Made by a program: the position numbers and the translations under genes. The notes under the pieces were generated by a model that did not search any database, was not told where the DNA came from, and saw nothing but the letters and a program-made list of their open reading frames with translations. Shown here piece after piece: positions 64,000 through 64,000 of a stretch of 64,000 bases of DNA. The first letter of the stretch is position 1; each line of letters opens with the position of its first letter. Source of the DNA: Candidatus Fermentibacteraceae bacterium (GTDB lineage: Bacteria > Fermentibacterota > Fermentibacteria > Fermentibacterales > JCC-6); NCBI GenBank assembly GCA_027067855.1, contig JAMOUX010000026.1, forward strand, positions 16,473-80,472, written 5' to 3'.

Positions 64000-64000
64000 G

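Overview
This 64 kb window is a roughly 60% GC bacterial chromosome segment centred on the replication origin (oriC). Gene content suggests an anaerobic fermenter, possibly from the FCB (Fibrobacteres-Chlorobi-Bacteroidetes) group: it carries a V/A-type ATPase, a type IX secretion (T9SS)-type C-terminal sorting domain, indolepyruvate oxidoreductase, and the dnaA-dnaN-dciA-gyrBA arrangement. The phylum assignment is an inference only.

Gene layout, left to right:
- 1-7076: a cell-envelope glycan cluster. It holds a GT9 heptosyltransferase (partial, at the window edge and missing from the ORF track), a B12-binding radical SAM enzyme, a GT2, a WbaP-like phosphoglycosyltransferase, a DegT aminotransferase, a PAP2 phosphatase and DgkA. 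serS follows at 7115-8374.
- 8375-11945: a 440 bp non-coding spacer followed by a sharply AT-rich roughly 3 kb island. The island encodes a radical SAM-SPASM enzyme carrying an A9 tract, a DPM1/GtrB-like polyprenyl-phosphate GT2 with extra C-terminal TM helices, and a SAM methyltransferase. A GT-C (ArnT/PMT-like) glycosyltransferase gene on the minus strand abuts the island.
- 14061-16331: a PHP phosphatase, an outer-membrane protein and ElbB.
- 16422-25014, minus strand: a complete nine-gene V/A-type ATPase operon in the Enterococcus ntpFIKECGABD order.
- 25215-37204, minus strand: bactofilin, a small TM coiled-coil protein, an orphan 1193-aa helical protein with no recognisable motif, gyrA, gyrB, a DUF721/DciA-like gene, dnaN and dnaA.
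- oriC: DnaA boxes lie on both sides of dnaA, with a perfect TTATCCACA at 37267.
- 37541-45281, plus strand: rpmH-rnpA-yidD-yidC-mnmE-mnmG-rsmG-parA-parB. An unannotated 55-aa ferredoxin and a bidirectional terminator follow.
- 45583-50270, minus strand: a HAD phosphatase, two membrane proteins and a 937-aa GT4-formyltransferase-NodB deacetylase fusion.
- 50417-54793, plus strand: ptb-buk-iorAB.
- 54815-60587, minus strand: nnr-acpS-tsaD-rplI-(membrane protein)-rpsR-(PriB-like ssb paralog)-ssb-rpsF.
- 60849-63999: a C25-like peptidase with a T9SS-type C-terminal sorting domain, and an outer-membrane beta-barrel gene.

No CRISPR array, tRNA, rRNA, transposase or integrase was recognised. The six-frame track contains many long spurious antisense ORFs, as expected for high-GC DNA.
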